From the NCBI RefSeq assembly GCF_036321535.1, contig NC_087437.1:22880001-22944000 (forward strand): 64,000 nucleotides of DNA, written 5' to 3'. Position numbers and translations under genes: made by a program. Within the stretch, counting starts at the first letter, position 1. Every line of letters starts with the position of its first letter. Positions 26,116-39,789 of this stretch are shown here, piece by piece. The notes under the pieces are model-generated. The model saw nothing but the letters and a program-made list of their open reading frames with translations, searched no databases and was not told the origin of the DNA. This stretch comes from Camelus dromedarius. Taxonomy: Eukaryota.

Positions 26116-26355
26116 ATTTTTTTAATTGGAGTATAATTGATTTACAGTGTTGTGTTCATTTCAGTTATACAGCAAAATGATTTAGTTATACATATACCTA
26201 TATATTTATATATTATAGATATTCTTTTTCAGATCCTTTTCCATTGTAGGTTATTACAAGATATTGAATATAGTTCCCTTTTCTATTGAGTAGATCCTGT
26301 TGTTTATCTATTTTATAGATAGTAGTGTGTATATTGTTAATCCCAAACTCCTAAT
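26116..26355 (-). mobile_element. Short L1 3' terminal fragment (L1MA9/L1_Art-like)
   Basis: T-tract followed by ggagtataattgatttacagtgttgtg...ggttattacaagatattgaatatagttccc. Confidence 0.85.
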
Positions 26356-27883
26356 CATTATTTTTTTTCCGTCTGTTTACGTTTCAAGTCTTTAGGAAAG
26401 CAAGTTTATTTTTACCACTTTAAAGTGATTTAAAAGGACATCAGAATGGGCTGTCTCATCATAGTTAACCATTATTAGTCCCTTAGTTTCCTGTAAGTTA
26501 AAAGTTTGGGAAAATGCTAGGTTTCCCCCCTTTTTTCTCTGAGCAGCTGCCTTGTAAATAAATGTGCATGTCTGGTCAGCAGTAAGGTTGGTTGCAGGAA
26601 AGAGAATGTTTAGGACATTTTCTTTGATCTCTACTGAGGATAAAAAATTTCAAGTGTGTACTTTCATTCTGCAGGATGCAAGGAGGCAGCCCTTGACAAA
26701 ACTTTCCAATGTAATTTCCATATGGACTCCATGCCCTTAAAAGAACTCTTTCTAATCTTATGTCTTATAGTGTTCCAAATTTGAATTCCATCTGTACTCA
26801 CTTTTTAGCTCCTTTGCTACCACTTCAGAGCCGAGTCACCATGAATACTCTCTTGTCTCTGAGGCTGGGTCAAGCCTGGAGGATAACATAAGAAAATGCC
26901 TCATCCTTAAATCTGAATTAGCTCTTTAGATTTGAGAAAAGATGTTCTTTGCTGAGTGTCACTACAATGTCTACCTAAATGTCCTCATCTTAGACAATGG
27001 TGCACCAAGGTCAGGACTGCTGCAACCTCAAGGCAGAGGCTGTATTTATTTCTGTGAAACATCATTTGGCAGAGAAGATTTAGATACTGCTGTTAAGCTG
27101 TGATAAAACTAGTGGTGTCTTAAGGATATACATTCTCAGAGCGAACTTAAGCATTTTAAAGATATTTTACCCAATTCTTTAAAAAATGCAGTTTGCTGAA
27201 TTATAGTTCAGATTATTAAATTTTAAGATTGAAGGCCTTTGCCAAGTTTTAGAGAAAGAAGGTAAGATTTGGATGCTAGAATATTTATGATTGAGGCCTC
27301 TCTTTACCTTAGAGCTGAATAATCACGGATAAATCACTTTGTCTCTTTGATTTTCAACTTTTTCCTCTTAAAAGGAAGTAGGATTAAATTATCCCTAAGG
27401 ATATTTTCAGCTGCAGTTTTCTATAATTTCAAGTTGATATAAATTTACTGTGGTCTTTGTGATGTACTTAAACATCATATATTAAGATTTCTTAAAAAGT
27501 CCTTTTCTAAAATAATAACTACTCTGTGTTCTGAAATAATATGTACTGTATCATTGGACAAGTAATATTGAACACCTTACTAAAAAGCTATTAAATATTT
27601 TAAAATATTCTTTCAATAAATATCTATGCCTTTAAGGGCCTGGAAGTCTGTCAGCATAATGGAAAGTGAACACTCATAACTAGGTGTGAAGCAAAATGGC
27701 TTGTAATAAAAGCTTGCTAGAGGATTAGATGTGTTTCGTAAACTGTAGTGGGTCTTTGTGTGAGAAACGTATTGGTGCAGAAAAAAATAAGACAAGGGAT
27801 AAAGTTCCTCTAAGATCTATTTTCCATACTTTCCTGGGAGTGATTTTAGGACCTAAATGAATATACATTTGCTTTCATAAACA

Positions 27884-27885
<2 letters not shown>

Positions 27886-27915
<30 letters not shown>
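27886..27915. repeat. (TG)15 microsatellite
   Basis: Read directly from the sequence. Confidence 0.95.
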
Positions 27916-27916
<1 letters not shown>

Positions 27917-28399
27917 TGCGTTTTTTTGTCAGGGTGAGGTGTATTGTTGATGGGGATGAATGTGGAGGATGACCTTGTTGCTAAATAAGTGCTATTCTTT
28001 AGAGTTTGGTAAAGCTTTTTATTTATAAAAACTGTTTTTAAAGCATTATACATTTGTGTTTCTTTTATATATTTTTCTAAGTCTCTAAATAGCTATGCAT
28101 TCTATTAGATCCTAAACTCATTCAAATTCTCATCAGATTTCTCTCAAATATTTGTAAAATAAAATCATATTCACATTTGAAATAGAACATGAATGTTTCC
28201 CTGTTGAATATGACTGTGCCCCTTCCTTGGTTTCTTTTTCTCTGTGGCACTTTTTATCATTTAAGTTCTATATGTTTTAGTATATTTTTTTTATAACTGC
28301 CACTTGCAAAAAATGGCTGTCAGGATCTCAGCCCAGTGTGTCAGGGGGCATTTCAAAGAGAATGGTGTAAATGACTAATGGGCTGGTCTAATGCTTTGA

Positions 28400-28449
28400 A
28401 AATAGGCAATCCCATTCAGATACAGATACAGCAATGGGATTGCCTATTT
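28400..28449. repeat. Perfect 17-bp inverted repeat with a 16-nt loop
   Basis: aaataggcaatcccatt (28400-28416) and aatgggattgcctattt (28433-28449). Confidence 0.95.
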
Positions 28450-30029
28450 ACTAGATTATCCCATTACCCACCAATTTTGGGCTTCAAACATGCCAAAATA
28501 TGAACACGTCACATCTCCAATGTCTTTTTTTATACACTTGAAATTAGAATTTCCATTAGACATCACTTATCTAAATGTGTTTTTTTTAATTAAAATATTT
28601 ATAGGCATAATTAAATCAAATGTAGATGGGTTACTACAATCATCTTAGAAATAGTAACAAAGGATCATTTGTTTATACTAAGAAAGAAAGTGACTTAAAT
28701 GTCTGAATCTATCTAATAATTGTTTTCAACAATTTTTTCTTCTATTGAAATTGTTTCTTGTAAGTAGAAATGATGGCTACTAAAAAATATGATCTGTGTT
28801 CTCAGGAAAACTCATTCTTATCAAGAACAGATTCTAAGTTATTTTTGTGAAAGTTCCCAGTGCTTCTTCTCCTGCAAAGTTTAGCATCTATTCCTGATTT
28901 TGCCTTCATTATGTATTTGTACATGAGATTAGAATTGATGTAGTCTATAATACCTACCAAATACCCTGAACTATACTAACAAGTGAGAAGGAAAATGTGA
29001 CATTTCCTTTACACATTATTACTGATCAAAGAATAGAGTATGGATATTTTGCTCTAATAAAACCCATTTAGAAACTTTCAGTGATATCAAGGCAAATACT
29101 GTAGGAAGGTTTGTTAAAATGTTTATAGGAAAAAATAAGAATCTAATGTCAAAGTGAACATTAAGAGAAACATGCAAACATGACAGAACCAGCAAAATGA
29201 ACATATTATTATCAAAGTGCACAGCCATTAGATGAAAGATGATATAAATAGCAGTTGGGCAATTTCAAGACTAGATGCTTCTAGTATTATATTTGGAAAA
29301 CAGTACAAGCCACTGGCATCTAAGAAATGACAGACTGTCTAGTGAAACTTCTCTACCATCAGGAAGAAAATGCATCGGAAAGCTGACCAAGTGTGGTCAC
29401 TCATCATTGTATTAAATCACTGAGTGCATAGTTCAGAACTGACATTAAATAGAAATACTTGCATGGTAGAGGGAAAAATGGAGAGAGCATTATGATTAAT
29501 ATTCTTTGATTGTAAGTAACGGAGTAATTCAAGCTACTTTATGTTTTAAAAAAATATTTATTATAAAAGTGTCTCATACTCCAACAGCATGAATGTGGCC
29601 AGGCTTCAGGAAGGGAGTGAACCCAGGGACTGGAAAACATCAGTTTCTTCCTTTTTCTTGTCTCTGCTTTTTCCTGTAAGTGTGCTTTGCGCACAGTCTA
29701 ACTCTAGGCTGGGAAGACACCCAAAGACTATACCTATGTAGACTTATAGGATAAAGCTCATGTTGTCCTTGGAATGTTGATCATCAGTAGAAGATTGGAC
29801 CTGGATGGTGACTCTTGTGATAGAGGTGGAAATCTTTAGGGTTTGCACTCAACATGGGAGGAGTCTGGAGGTAGAACAGGCGTGTCATAGTAGAGCAGGT
29901 CAGAAAATCAATGTTCATGACGTCTGATGTCTGGGAGGCAGAGTCTCCAAAAAAGGAGCAGGGACTTGGCTAGGATCTTACAGGGCCTTACTTTGTCCTG
30001 CCTGTCCTTTTAATTAAGAACAGGCTTTT

Positions 30030-30348
30030 CCCTGGGCTCCTTAAACGTCTTGCCTTCCATCTCAGCCCAAATGTCACCCACTCAGAGAGGCCTTCCCTGA
30101 CTACTCTATTTATAGAAACCTCTACACCTCATTCAAAGTACTCTTTCATAATTACCCTATTTCATCTGCTTTAAAACATTTATTTTTCTGCAATTACCTA
30201 TTTGTTTACTCTTCTATTACCTGTTTTCACCTTCTGCTCTTTGTGACATCAGAGGCCTTTTCAGGCTTGTTCTCCTTTGTGTTTCTATCATCTAGCACAA
30301 TGCCTAGCATGTAACAGGTGCACAATAGATAACTGTTGGATAAATGAC
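30030..30348 (+). mobile_element. L2 3' fragment
   Basis: aatgtcacc..ctcagagaggccttccctgac; ctagcacaatgcctagcatg..ttggataaatga. Confidence 0.7.
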
Positions 30349-31952
30349 TAGGAGCATCAATCGCTACTGCAGAATTGGAGCTGGGAGCAGTATGTGGTGC
30401 TAGGAGCTGGAGAGTGTATGGTGCCTTGATTCTGTAGCAGAGTGAAGATTTTTCTTGTCCTTTCAGAGGAGGATCTGTCCTCACGTTATATTGGGGCTTT
30501 AAAGTACTTATTCATTATACCTATGCTACAGTGAGGTTGGGAAATCAAGACTTATCAGGTGGTTTGGGGTCCAATCTTAGTATAGGATAGAGGATTATGT
30601 GCTCAGATTGTAAAGGGGCTTTGGACACATCAGACACCCCTATGCCCTATGAGGAAAGGCTCAGCCGTCTCTTCCAGATTACTGTTTTATAGCTATTGCT
30701 TATCTTCCAGATTCAAGGGAAGACAATGGGGGTTTTGGGAAAAGAAGAAGAACCTGGAGCTGTTACACTGGGTTTCTAATAGAGAGTTTTGGGTGGTTAA
30801 TGAAGCAAGAATTTACTTTAAATTGTCCTCTACATTTAAAAGACTTGAATTAGATTCTATGAAAAGGTAGGGTATCTGCAGGTGAGCTTGAATTTTGGTT
30901 TTAGGGTACTGTGGTTTTCCTCATGAAGTTTATCCAAGTCTTTGCTATCCTAGGAGTCAACCAAGGAAGGTAGTATTACACAGTTTTCTTTCTTTGCTCT
31001 TCCTTTTGGCCTATGTTTCTGAGGTGTGAACTCCATGAAAGGATAAGATGTATGTCCATTTAAACAGGAGGAGTTTCTCCAAGAAGGAAGTTGGAGTGAA
31101 GTCTGGAAGAAGGCAGAGAAGCTGGTCAGTCTCAAGGATTAACTTTTTCACTAGAACTTTAACTCAATTGGCAGATTTTGGTAATACTGCATTGAAAAAT
31201 GTGTTGCAAATTTGTCTATACTATACCCTGAAAATAATTTTTTTTCTGAAATGGTCATTCCTTTAATTGTACTTCTCTAAGAATACACTTGTTTTTTGCA
31301 CAGCCAGGAAACATTGCTCTCCAAATGTCAGTTTCAACAATCTCAAGCTAAACACATGAGTCTAATTTTAGTAACTTGTGGCTTTCACCACAGTCTCTTA
31401 TCCCTATGAATCTATTATTTATACTCTTTCTTGGGGGGAAATTAAGTAATGCAATTAAAGTTAGCTTATTCTAGAAAGTGTTAGAAAAAGGGAGATTTTA
31501 GCTTAGTCCCACTTGAGTCTTCCCGTTAAAGGAATTTGCACCTTTGGATCACGTGCGCTTCTCAGGGCTGGTGTGAAAACATGTTCAAGAAGTTTGAGTA
31601 TTCACTGGGAAATGGCAGTCCTGACCTCAAGTCTGCATCTTCAGTTCCAAGCTTCTACTGAAACTATGCTGAATGAATCTCCACCGACTTTCAGAAAAAC
31701 TCAACCCTTATACAGAGGTGTAGGATCTAGGTCTAATATCTGTTCTCCTTTTCCTAATCGCACATTTCCCTAAGTCTCGGTATTCTGGGAATTGGTGAAG
31801 GTGGGGTCTAGGGAGACAAGAACATTTAGTCAATGGTGAGCACTCAAATGCCATGTTCCACTGAAGAGTAAAAGAGAGTAGGCAGATACGGGTTCCTTTG
31901 TCTTCTGACTGTACAATTTCCAAGTCTAATTTCTTTCAAGATTTTCTCACCA

Positions 31953-33375
31953 GACTTCTGCTTCTAGCCAAGAGAGAATACAGAGATTGAATTTACCTCC
32001 CTGCTGTAAACAAACAAGAAAACAAGACAAAAATATATGAAAAAATAGTTTTCAGGGCACTAGACATCAGACAATGAAAGAAGGTGACTCTTGAAAGAGG
32101 GAAAACACATGAAGTTAGTCCTACTATTGCCTCTTTTTTTGCCTGAGAGAGTTTCCAGGCCTTGATGCAGGGAAAGGAAAACAAGGCAGAGAACACTGGC
32201 TTCCCTGAGCTACTGGGAGTCCAGAGAGATGATGGTAGGTGGGGCTCACAGAGCCAGGTGTTGAAAGGAGAGAGCTGCACAGAGAGAATCTTGGAAGCCT
32301 GCAGAGGGTCCTCCTCTAGTATTCAATAAAGTACTAATCTACACATACATGGGAGGAAACTACCTAAGGTCATGGGAAGAACTGTTCAAAAAAAAAGATT
32401 AGAGGTAATTAAACCTGGTGTTCACACACTGCCTGAAGAGGGCCTGATTCCACCAGCCACACTGGAAAAACCGCACAATTCAGGGCATTGTGTAGTGTAC
32501 TCAGAAGGGTCTCAACAGTGGAGAATAATTAATCATCCCTAAACTAAATGTTATTCTAATTCTACCTAACCAATCTTAAAAGTAAGCTCTAAAATGATCA
32601 AATTTCTCGAATAACTGTGTTAAAAAAGAAAGCTCAAAAAATATTTATACAAAAATGTGCATCCTTCAATCATATAAAAATCATGTCTGGCATCCAATCA
32701 AAGATTACCAGAAATTTAAAGAAGCAGAAATACATGACCCATAATGATGAGAAAAATTAATCAATTGAAGTGGACCCAGAAATGGGTTAACATAAGGGCA
32801 TTAAAACTGATTGAACTAAATTCAAAAAACTAAGTAAAATATCATTAAAAGACCCAAATCAAACTTCTGGAGATGAGAACCACAATGACTGAGATTTTAA
32901 CATATACTGAATAGGATAAATAACAGATAAGACATTGCAGGAAAGAAAAAGATTAGTACACTCGAAAACATAACAATAAAATTTATCCAATGTGAACCAC
33001 TGAGAAAGAAAAGAACGTAAAAGGAAGGAAAAAGGCATCAGTGAGCTTTGGGACAACTTCAGGCAGCCTAATATTGTTGTAATTGGAGTCTCCAAAGAAG
33101 GGGAGGGAGATGTAGAAAAATATTTGAATAAGTTATGCCTGACATTTTTCAGGTTTGTTGAAATTTTAAACTCACAGATCCAAGAAGCTCGATGAACTCC
33201 ATGCACAAGAATCATGAAGAAAACTACACCAAGGCATATTATAATTAAATTACCTAGAAGAAGTGATGAAAGAAAAATCTTAAAAGCAGCAGCTAAAGGA
33301 AAAAAGAAAAAAAAATGCACTATAGGTTAATAAAGATATGATTGACAGCAGGTTTGTCAGAAATGATGCAAGACA
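31953..33375 (+). mobile_element. Ancient L1 5' UTR plus disrupted ORF1
   Basis: ORF1 remnants ELWDNFRQPNIVVIGV, QIQEA, KTTPRHIIIKL and KILKAA, with frameshifts and stops. Confidence 0.8.
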
Positions 33376-33501
33376 AGGATGTTTAGTATGGGGGTTTTGC
33401 TTCCTACTTTGCTGTCTCTGATACTACCACTGAGAGGGTTTGGGGAGCGTCACTGCAGCCTCACAAGGCTTTGTTCCTTGTCTAGGTTTCCCACTCTGCC
33501 T

Positions 33502-33759
33502 TTGAAGTTTTGTGGCAACCCTGCAGCTGCAGGATAACAAGTTTCTCTGTGCCATTTTTCCAACATTATTTCTTAATTAAGGTATATATAGATTTTTAAG
33601 ACATAATGTTATTGCACACTTATTAGACTACAGTATAGTGTTAACACAAGTTTTACATACACTGGGAAACCAGAAAATTCACATGACTTGCTTTATCGCA
33701 ATATTTACTTTATTGTAGTGGTCTGCAACCAAACCCACGCTATCTTTGAGATCTACCTG
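33502..33759 (+). mobile_element. Tigger1-derived internally deleted element (Tigger1a-like)
   Basis: Tigger1 5'-region motif ttgaag.tttgtggcaaccctg joined to the 3' end ttattagactacagtatagtg...tacctg, followed by TA. Confidence 0.75.
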
Positions 33760-34504
33760 TATAATAAAAAGAATGATCTAAAATAACATGAACTCTACAA
33801 GTAAAAATTTATATGTGTTAAACATGATTCATCAGATTCAAATTAAACTTCTAAAATTGTGCTGAAAATGGAGTTTATTTTATGTGCCCTTGTTTTAAAA
33901 TGATTGTTTGGGCCCATGTTGGACATTAACCCTCAGTGAAATTTATGATTTGGAATTCATTATACTGCTGTCTAGTGCTGCAGACATCATACCCTTAGCC
34001 TCTCCCGGGGGCCACAGGATCTAGGGCCTCTCAGGATAAGGTCCTTATCTTTGCTTGCACAGCCTTCTCCTTTTTCTCTATATGTTCACCCTAAAATCTG
34101 TGCCAAGAATGGCTGGAATGCAAATATGTAATTATTGGAAAATAATTTATTTTTGCCATTGTCATTTGGCATTGAGACTTTCAGTTCTATCAACTGAAGA
34201 ACAGTGAAAACTAATCTTTATTAATATTCTTCAAATTGTATTTTTACAATATTTCAGGAGTTCCATTTGTGTTAAGAAGTCCATATTAAACATTTGTATA
34301 ATTTTAATAAAAACTCTCTCATAAGATATTATTAACTACTAACCTATATTTTCAAAACATTTTCTTTTGGATTTAGAGAATTCTTGATGTCCCTTGGAAA
34401 CTTCACTCAGAGGACAAGCCTACAGTAAATCTTTCTAACGATTGCTGTAATTTTCCTTAAAATTACATTCATTGGAGGTGGGAGTGACTGAAGATTGTTG
34501 ATGG

Positions 34505-35112
34505 GATTGAAAACATATCCACTTGAAAACCTATAGACAGGTGTTTATAGCAGCTTTATTCATATCTGCTAAAATTTGGAAGCAACCAAGATATCCTTCA
34601 GAAGGTGAACAGATGAATAAACTGTGGTATATCCAGGCAATGGAATACTATTCAGTGATAAAAAATGAGCTATCAAGCCACAAAAAGACATGGAATAAGC
34701 TTAAGTACATATTACTAAGTGAAAGAAGGCAATCTGAAAAGGCTACATACTGTATGATTCCAACTACATGACACTTTGGAAAAGGCAAAACTATATGGAG
34801 ACCGTAAAAGATCAGTGGTTGCCAGGGGTTGAAGGAGGGAGGATGAATCAGCAAAGCAGAGGATTTTTAGGGCAGTGGAGGTAGTCTGCACGATAGTACA
34901 GTGGTGGGTAATTGTATTGCACAGATGTCAAACTCCACAAAATGTATAACATCAAGAGTGAATCGAATGAAAGAAATATAATACTCTGGTGAAGGATAAT
35001 GATAGTGGAGGAAGATATGCATCTGTGGGGGCAGAGGGTACATGGGAACTCTGTACTTTCAGTTCTGCTTCTGCTCGGTTTTACTGTGATTCTAAAATTG
35101 CTCTTAAAAAAG
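34505..35112 (+). mobile_element. L1MB/MC 3' end (ORF2 terminus plus UTR)
   Basis: Encodes FIAALFISAKIWKQPRYPS...LWYIQAMEYYS. Also atgattccaactacatgacactttggaaaaggcaaaac. Confidence 0.85.
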
Positions 35113-35122
35113 CTAGCTAGCT

Positions 35123-35231
35123 ATTTGTTTATTTGTTTGTTTGTTTGTTTTTAATGGAAGTACTGGGGATTGAACCCAGGACCACATGCATGCTAAGCAC
35201 GCACTCTACCACTGGGCTACCCCTGCACCCC
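35123..35231 (-). mobile_element. tRNA-derived SINE, camelid Vic-1-like, with an (AAAC)n tail
   Basis: Reverse complement reads ggggtgcaggggtagcccagtggtagagtgcgtgcttagcatgcatgtggtcctgggttcaatccccagtac, with A- and B-box-like motifs followed by an A-rich tail. Confidence 0.85.
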
Positions 35232-35289
35232 AAAGATTATTAATTTAAAAAAATTATTGGTGGGCTTTTGAAACCGAGAAGCCATTTGA

Positions 35290-35490
35290 CATAATGGAAA
35301 TAATATGGCCCTTGAATCAGACAGACATTTTTTGGATCTCGACTGTACCAATCATTAGTCTGAAAACTTTGTGAAATTTAGCTTCTCTGGGCCTCAGTTT
35401 CCTTGGAAATAAATTAATGAATAACATTTATTATGCAGAACTGATATGAGGAGTAATGTAGATAAGTTCCTACATGTTCAATGAATAGTA
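35290..35490 (+). mobile_element. MIR SINE
   Basis: Core motif cttctctgggcctcagtttcc. Confidence 0.55.
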
Positions 35491-36139
35491 GCTGTTAGTT
35501 GTAATATATATCAGATCTGGAGCCAAGGGATTGATTCTTCACACCATTGAGAGAACGAGGAAGGCAGAAGATAAAACTACACCCTTTCAGAAGCAGTATA
35601 TGGGAGACAGAGAAAAGATTAAATCTGACCAGGCTTAAGTATACTATGTTTAAAAATTTTACCTTTACTCTAGCAGTGAAAATGTCAGATCTCTTTTGAT
35701 AAACTGATGGTATTTTAAAAATACCATGCATACTCCCACCCCTCAAAAAGTATTCAAATGATCTAGTATTGGAAGTGATACACAGAAAGTCTTTATTCTT
35801 GATGAGTGTTCCCTCCAAATATTAGAAATCCGACTAATATCTTTAGGAACAGAAGAAAGAAAAAATACATATGTGAAAAAAATTACTAGGAAAAAGTAGT
35901 CCCAGTATACTGGATCCTAGTTACTAATATTATTGAAAAATTAAACTTGCAATTAGGCTAGTAAGTGGGGACAAATGACAGGGCAGTCTCTTGAAATTCA
36001 AAAAGTGAAAAATTGAGGCAAGTGGAAGGAGTAGGTAACCATGTGAACTAGCAAATGGGTTCTTTTCCATTTTTTCCTTTACCCTACACCAAAAATCCCT
36101 ACTTAAAAAACAAAACAAAATAAAACAAAAATAATGTCC

Positions 36140-36630
36140 AGTGGCAGAGCCTTTGGTCTTCAGGTAAGACCTTTTTCCTAATTCTAGGGATTGGTGTCAC
36201 TGACCAAACATAATCTCTCGTCTTGGAAAGTGATTGCTTCAGAAATGAGCATGTGATATGACCCAGTTTGTGCCAGTGAGACATAAAAAAAGGTTTGCTA
36301 AGTGCTTCAGGGAAAGAAATTTTCTTGCTTCTAAGAGAGAGCCACACTCAAAAGGGATATTCTGTCTTTCTCTGGCCGTCATGGAGGTGCAGATAAAAAA
36401 CTCAGAACTGCTGCAGCTCTTTTTCCATCATGCAGAAGCTAATCTAAGGGTGAAATTAATTCACAGTGGAGGACTCAGTGGAGTGAATTACAGAGAAAAG
36501 GGACTGGAGTTATTGGCTTGTTTCAAACCTATACTGTGCCCTCCCCTGGAATTACAGGTATACATATCCTTATCTGAGACAGCTTAAATCATGTTTTTAC
36601 TTGCAGCTGGAAGACTTCCAGCCAATGTCA
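36140..36630 (+). mobile_element. Old MLT1 (MaLR) LTR
   Basis: gtgattgcttcag.aatgagcatgtga..cccagttt.tgccagtgaga; ends ttacttgcagctggaag. Confidence 0.55.
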
Positions 36631-39600
36631 GCTGACTAATGAACTATTAAAAATGGTTATTTCTGACATGTTGGCATTTATTAACATTGTGCAGAAAAAT
36701 GTTAATAAAGATATGGTAAGACCTTTAGATCATGGCATAGGATAAAGAAAATAAGAAATTTGATACCCTGGGAAAAGAGTTCTGAAAAGGTAGTTGACTT
36801 GCCTGTCTCTGGCTACCACCACTCATTTTTGAATGATTAAGCCATTATGCTAATGTCCTTTTGATTCACTTTTCTTTGACAGTTTTGTGAATTATATGAC
36901 TTCATACCTCTCTGGGTTAGAGACATAGCAGAAACACCATGAGTAACTATGTAAGAGAATCAAAATAGACTCACTGGGACTTAATCATACTGTGGCTAAT
37001 GGGAGCTGAGTAATATTGACAGCTATAGCAAAGATGATGGCAGGGAATTTTTTGTAAGTTCGTTTAATGCAACATTGATTCCCGATGCAACAGCATTTTA
37101 AGGCTAGATTTGCTAACAGGTATTTTTAAATTTTATTTTGGTGTATTTTAAAAAATCTTTTAAGTGTTTTTATACAGAAAGTGTATTTTTTTTTTTTTGC
37201 ATTTTTAAAACACCAGGGTGTGGGGGAGAGATGCAAACAAATAAAAAAAGATGCTTTTGTAACATTATTTCCCTGTTTAGAAAGAAAAAAAACATTCTAA
37301 TAGTACTTAAAAGTCCAGAGATGAAATAATTTCATTTTCTTCTCAAAAGGCTAAAAAAGGCCCCTGCCTATTACCCCATCCTCCTGTGTCCAGTGGAGCC
37401 ATGTTACTCTTCTGTTGCCCAGGGTTAACAGGTAATTTTAAAAGAATAACTATGTTATCAAATTGTGGAGCTAGAATCACACTGATGTTTTCTATCATAT
37501 GAAAACAACCTGTCTTGATTTTTCAATATACAAGTAATTTCCAGCATAGATGAGGACAGCACACATCCCCTAGTTATCCTGGATTGACTTTCACGTATTT
37601 TGAATTTTACTTGTACACCTTCTTAATGGGAAGGGGATTAGAATGTCATTGATGTATGGTAAATGTAATATGCATTCATGATGAACATAAATGTGTATTG
37701 GTTGAATACATGAATGACCAAAGATTATTTTTCGCTCTTGTTTCAGTGATCGCTTAAGCTACTGGCCTATAAAAGGAGTCCTATATAGTTAAAATGCTGG
37801 GTTGTACAAACCAGTTGTGGAACGTTTCACATTACTTTATTGTCAGATTTTGCTCTAGGCCCTAGGTCTAGGTTTATCTTTCCAGATGCCTATAGAACTT
37901 TTCCACATGCACGTCCCACTATCAGTTAAAACTCCGAAGTCAAGCCTCCCTCTTCTCCCTATCTCCTTCCCACTCCCCAGCCCTCTTTTCAGTTGGTGGC
38001 GTGCCTTTCCTCCAGTCACCAGGGATACATCCATGAGTCATCCTTCACTTCTTCCTCTCCATTATCTCTCTTATTTAATTAGCCACAGAGTCATGTTTAC
38101 TCTTCCTTTACAGTGTTCCTGCCTTCCTAGTCCCATGGCTACAGCCGTCCACTGACTCACTGTTGTGACAGACGTGTCATTCTTTCCCAGCTTTTATTTA
38201 CCTCCAAAGCAAACCACACCAACACTTTTGCCAGATTGATCTAACTAAAACATTGCTTTCACTGTGGCTTTCTATGGCTTGAGAACTCACAGTAACTGTA
38301 CAGGATGTGAAGTTTGAAGTGCGGTTGAATTTGTCATTCAAAGTCTTTTATCATCAGTCTAATATTACTTATAGAAATTGTGTTTTAAATCTCTTCAGCT
38401 ACCTTCTGCTGTAGCTTGGTTACAGGTACGTACTCGACACCTTCCTACACCTTTTCCTATGTTGCCTCTTCAGGAGGTGCCCATTTTCAAACCCTTCTCC
38501 AACTCAATCCCTTCCCTTGTGTTTTTGCCTTCTCGCTGACTCTCAATCCACATATCCATGCCAGGCCTTCTTCTAGGTACAGCTAAGACTTACTTCTATA
38601 AATATTTCTAACTATCTGTGTTCAGTTTTTCCATTCTGAAGGAGCATATCCCCAAATTGTTTCAAGTAATGAAATTGGATGTCAGCGTTATGCAACTTTG
38701 AAGAGAAGGAGCCTCTGCCCCCATTTCTGGCTGTCTGCTGGCAGTGGGGAGCCCTGGGGCCATGATTCCAGTCATAATATAGCTTGGTGGTTATATGCTA
38801 ACTGTGGTTTTCCTCTTTGTGGCTTCCTTAATAGGAATTTCTCTAATGGAGAAGATAGTTAAATATTGGCTTAAAAAAATTGTCCTTATGCATAGATGCA
38901 CTGTAGTTATAACATCTACCCTGTGTTTAGAGAATCTTTTAAGACAATTTAAGACATAATTTATATGAAGAATCTAAAAAATAATAGCAATAATAATAAT
39001 GACACAAATGAACTAATTATTATTTTGATTTCTTGAATATATGTAAGCACATTTGACTGTCCTTTATGATTGGATTACTGCATTCTGTTGATTCTTATTT
39101 TGTAGTTGGCTTTGTTCTTTTGATAACTAGGTAAGTTTAAAAAGCTAATGCTCTAATCTGTTCTTAGAAACAATAATTGTACATATATGTAAACTAAAAA
39201 AAGTGCAGTATACTATATATATGTATTTACATGCAATATAATGTGTAAGTGCAGTCAAACTGTAATAATTCTACCTAATAAAACTGAAAAAGAAAAAAAA
39301 AATTTAGAAAAAGACTAAGACCCAGGCTCTTTTACAATATATGAAAAAGGCAGAATAAAAATTTATGTGTAGTAATATCTTTGGTATATCAAAATATATG
39401 TGCTCTAAAAAAAGACTGGAATATTGATATTAACAATGGTCATTTTTGGATGACAGTATTGAGTAACTGGCTATCTTTTAAAATACTTTTTTTAAATGTG
39501 TATTTTAGTGTGTGTGCTGCCAAAGCAAGCACTTAAATGTGTATTTTAGAAGAGTAAAATAAGATATACTCTCAAGTGTTCTATAAAAGTTACTGAATTA

Positions 39601-39789
39601 AGGCTCAGAAACCTGCTGCTTTTTTGAAAAGCATTAAAGAGTACAAATAAATAGAAGATACAAAATTGTTTCTTGGGACTTATGGGACAGGAAGATAGTT
39701 AAATGCTACATAGAGACTATTTTGCTTTGAATATCTAAACTAACTAAAGAAAGTGACAGAAACATCTTTAAAAAATAACTTTGTTTTAT

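Noticed and set aside
32859..33320. 153-aa hydrophobic minus-strand ORF
   Set aside because: Antisense to the A-rich L1 ORF1 remnant, a typical artefact.
35155..35231. Possible tRNA gene
   Set aside because: It has a SINE-type A-rich tail and degenerate stems, so it is a SINE.
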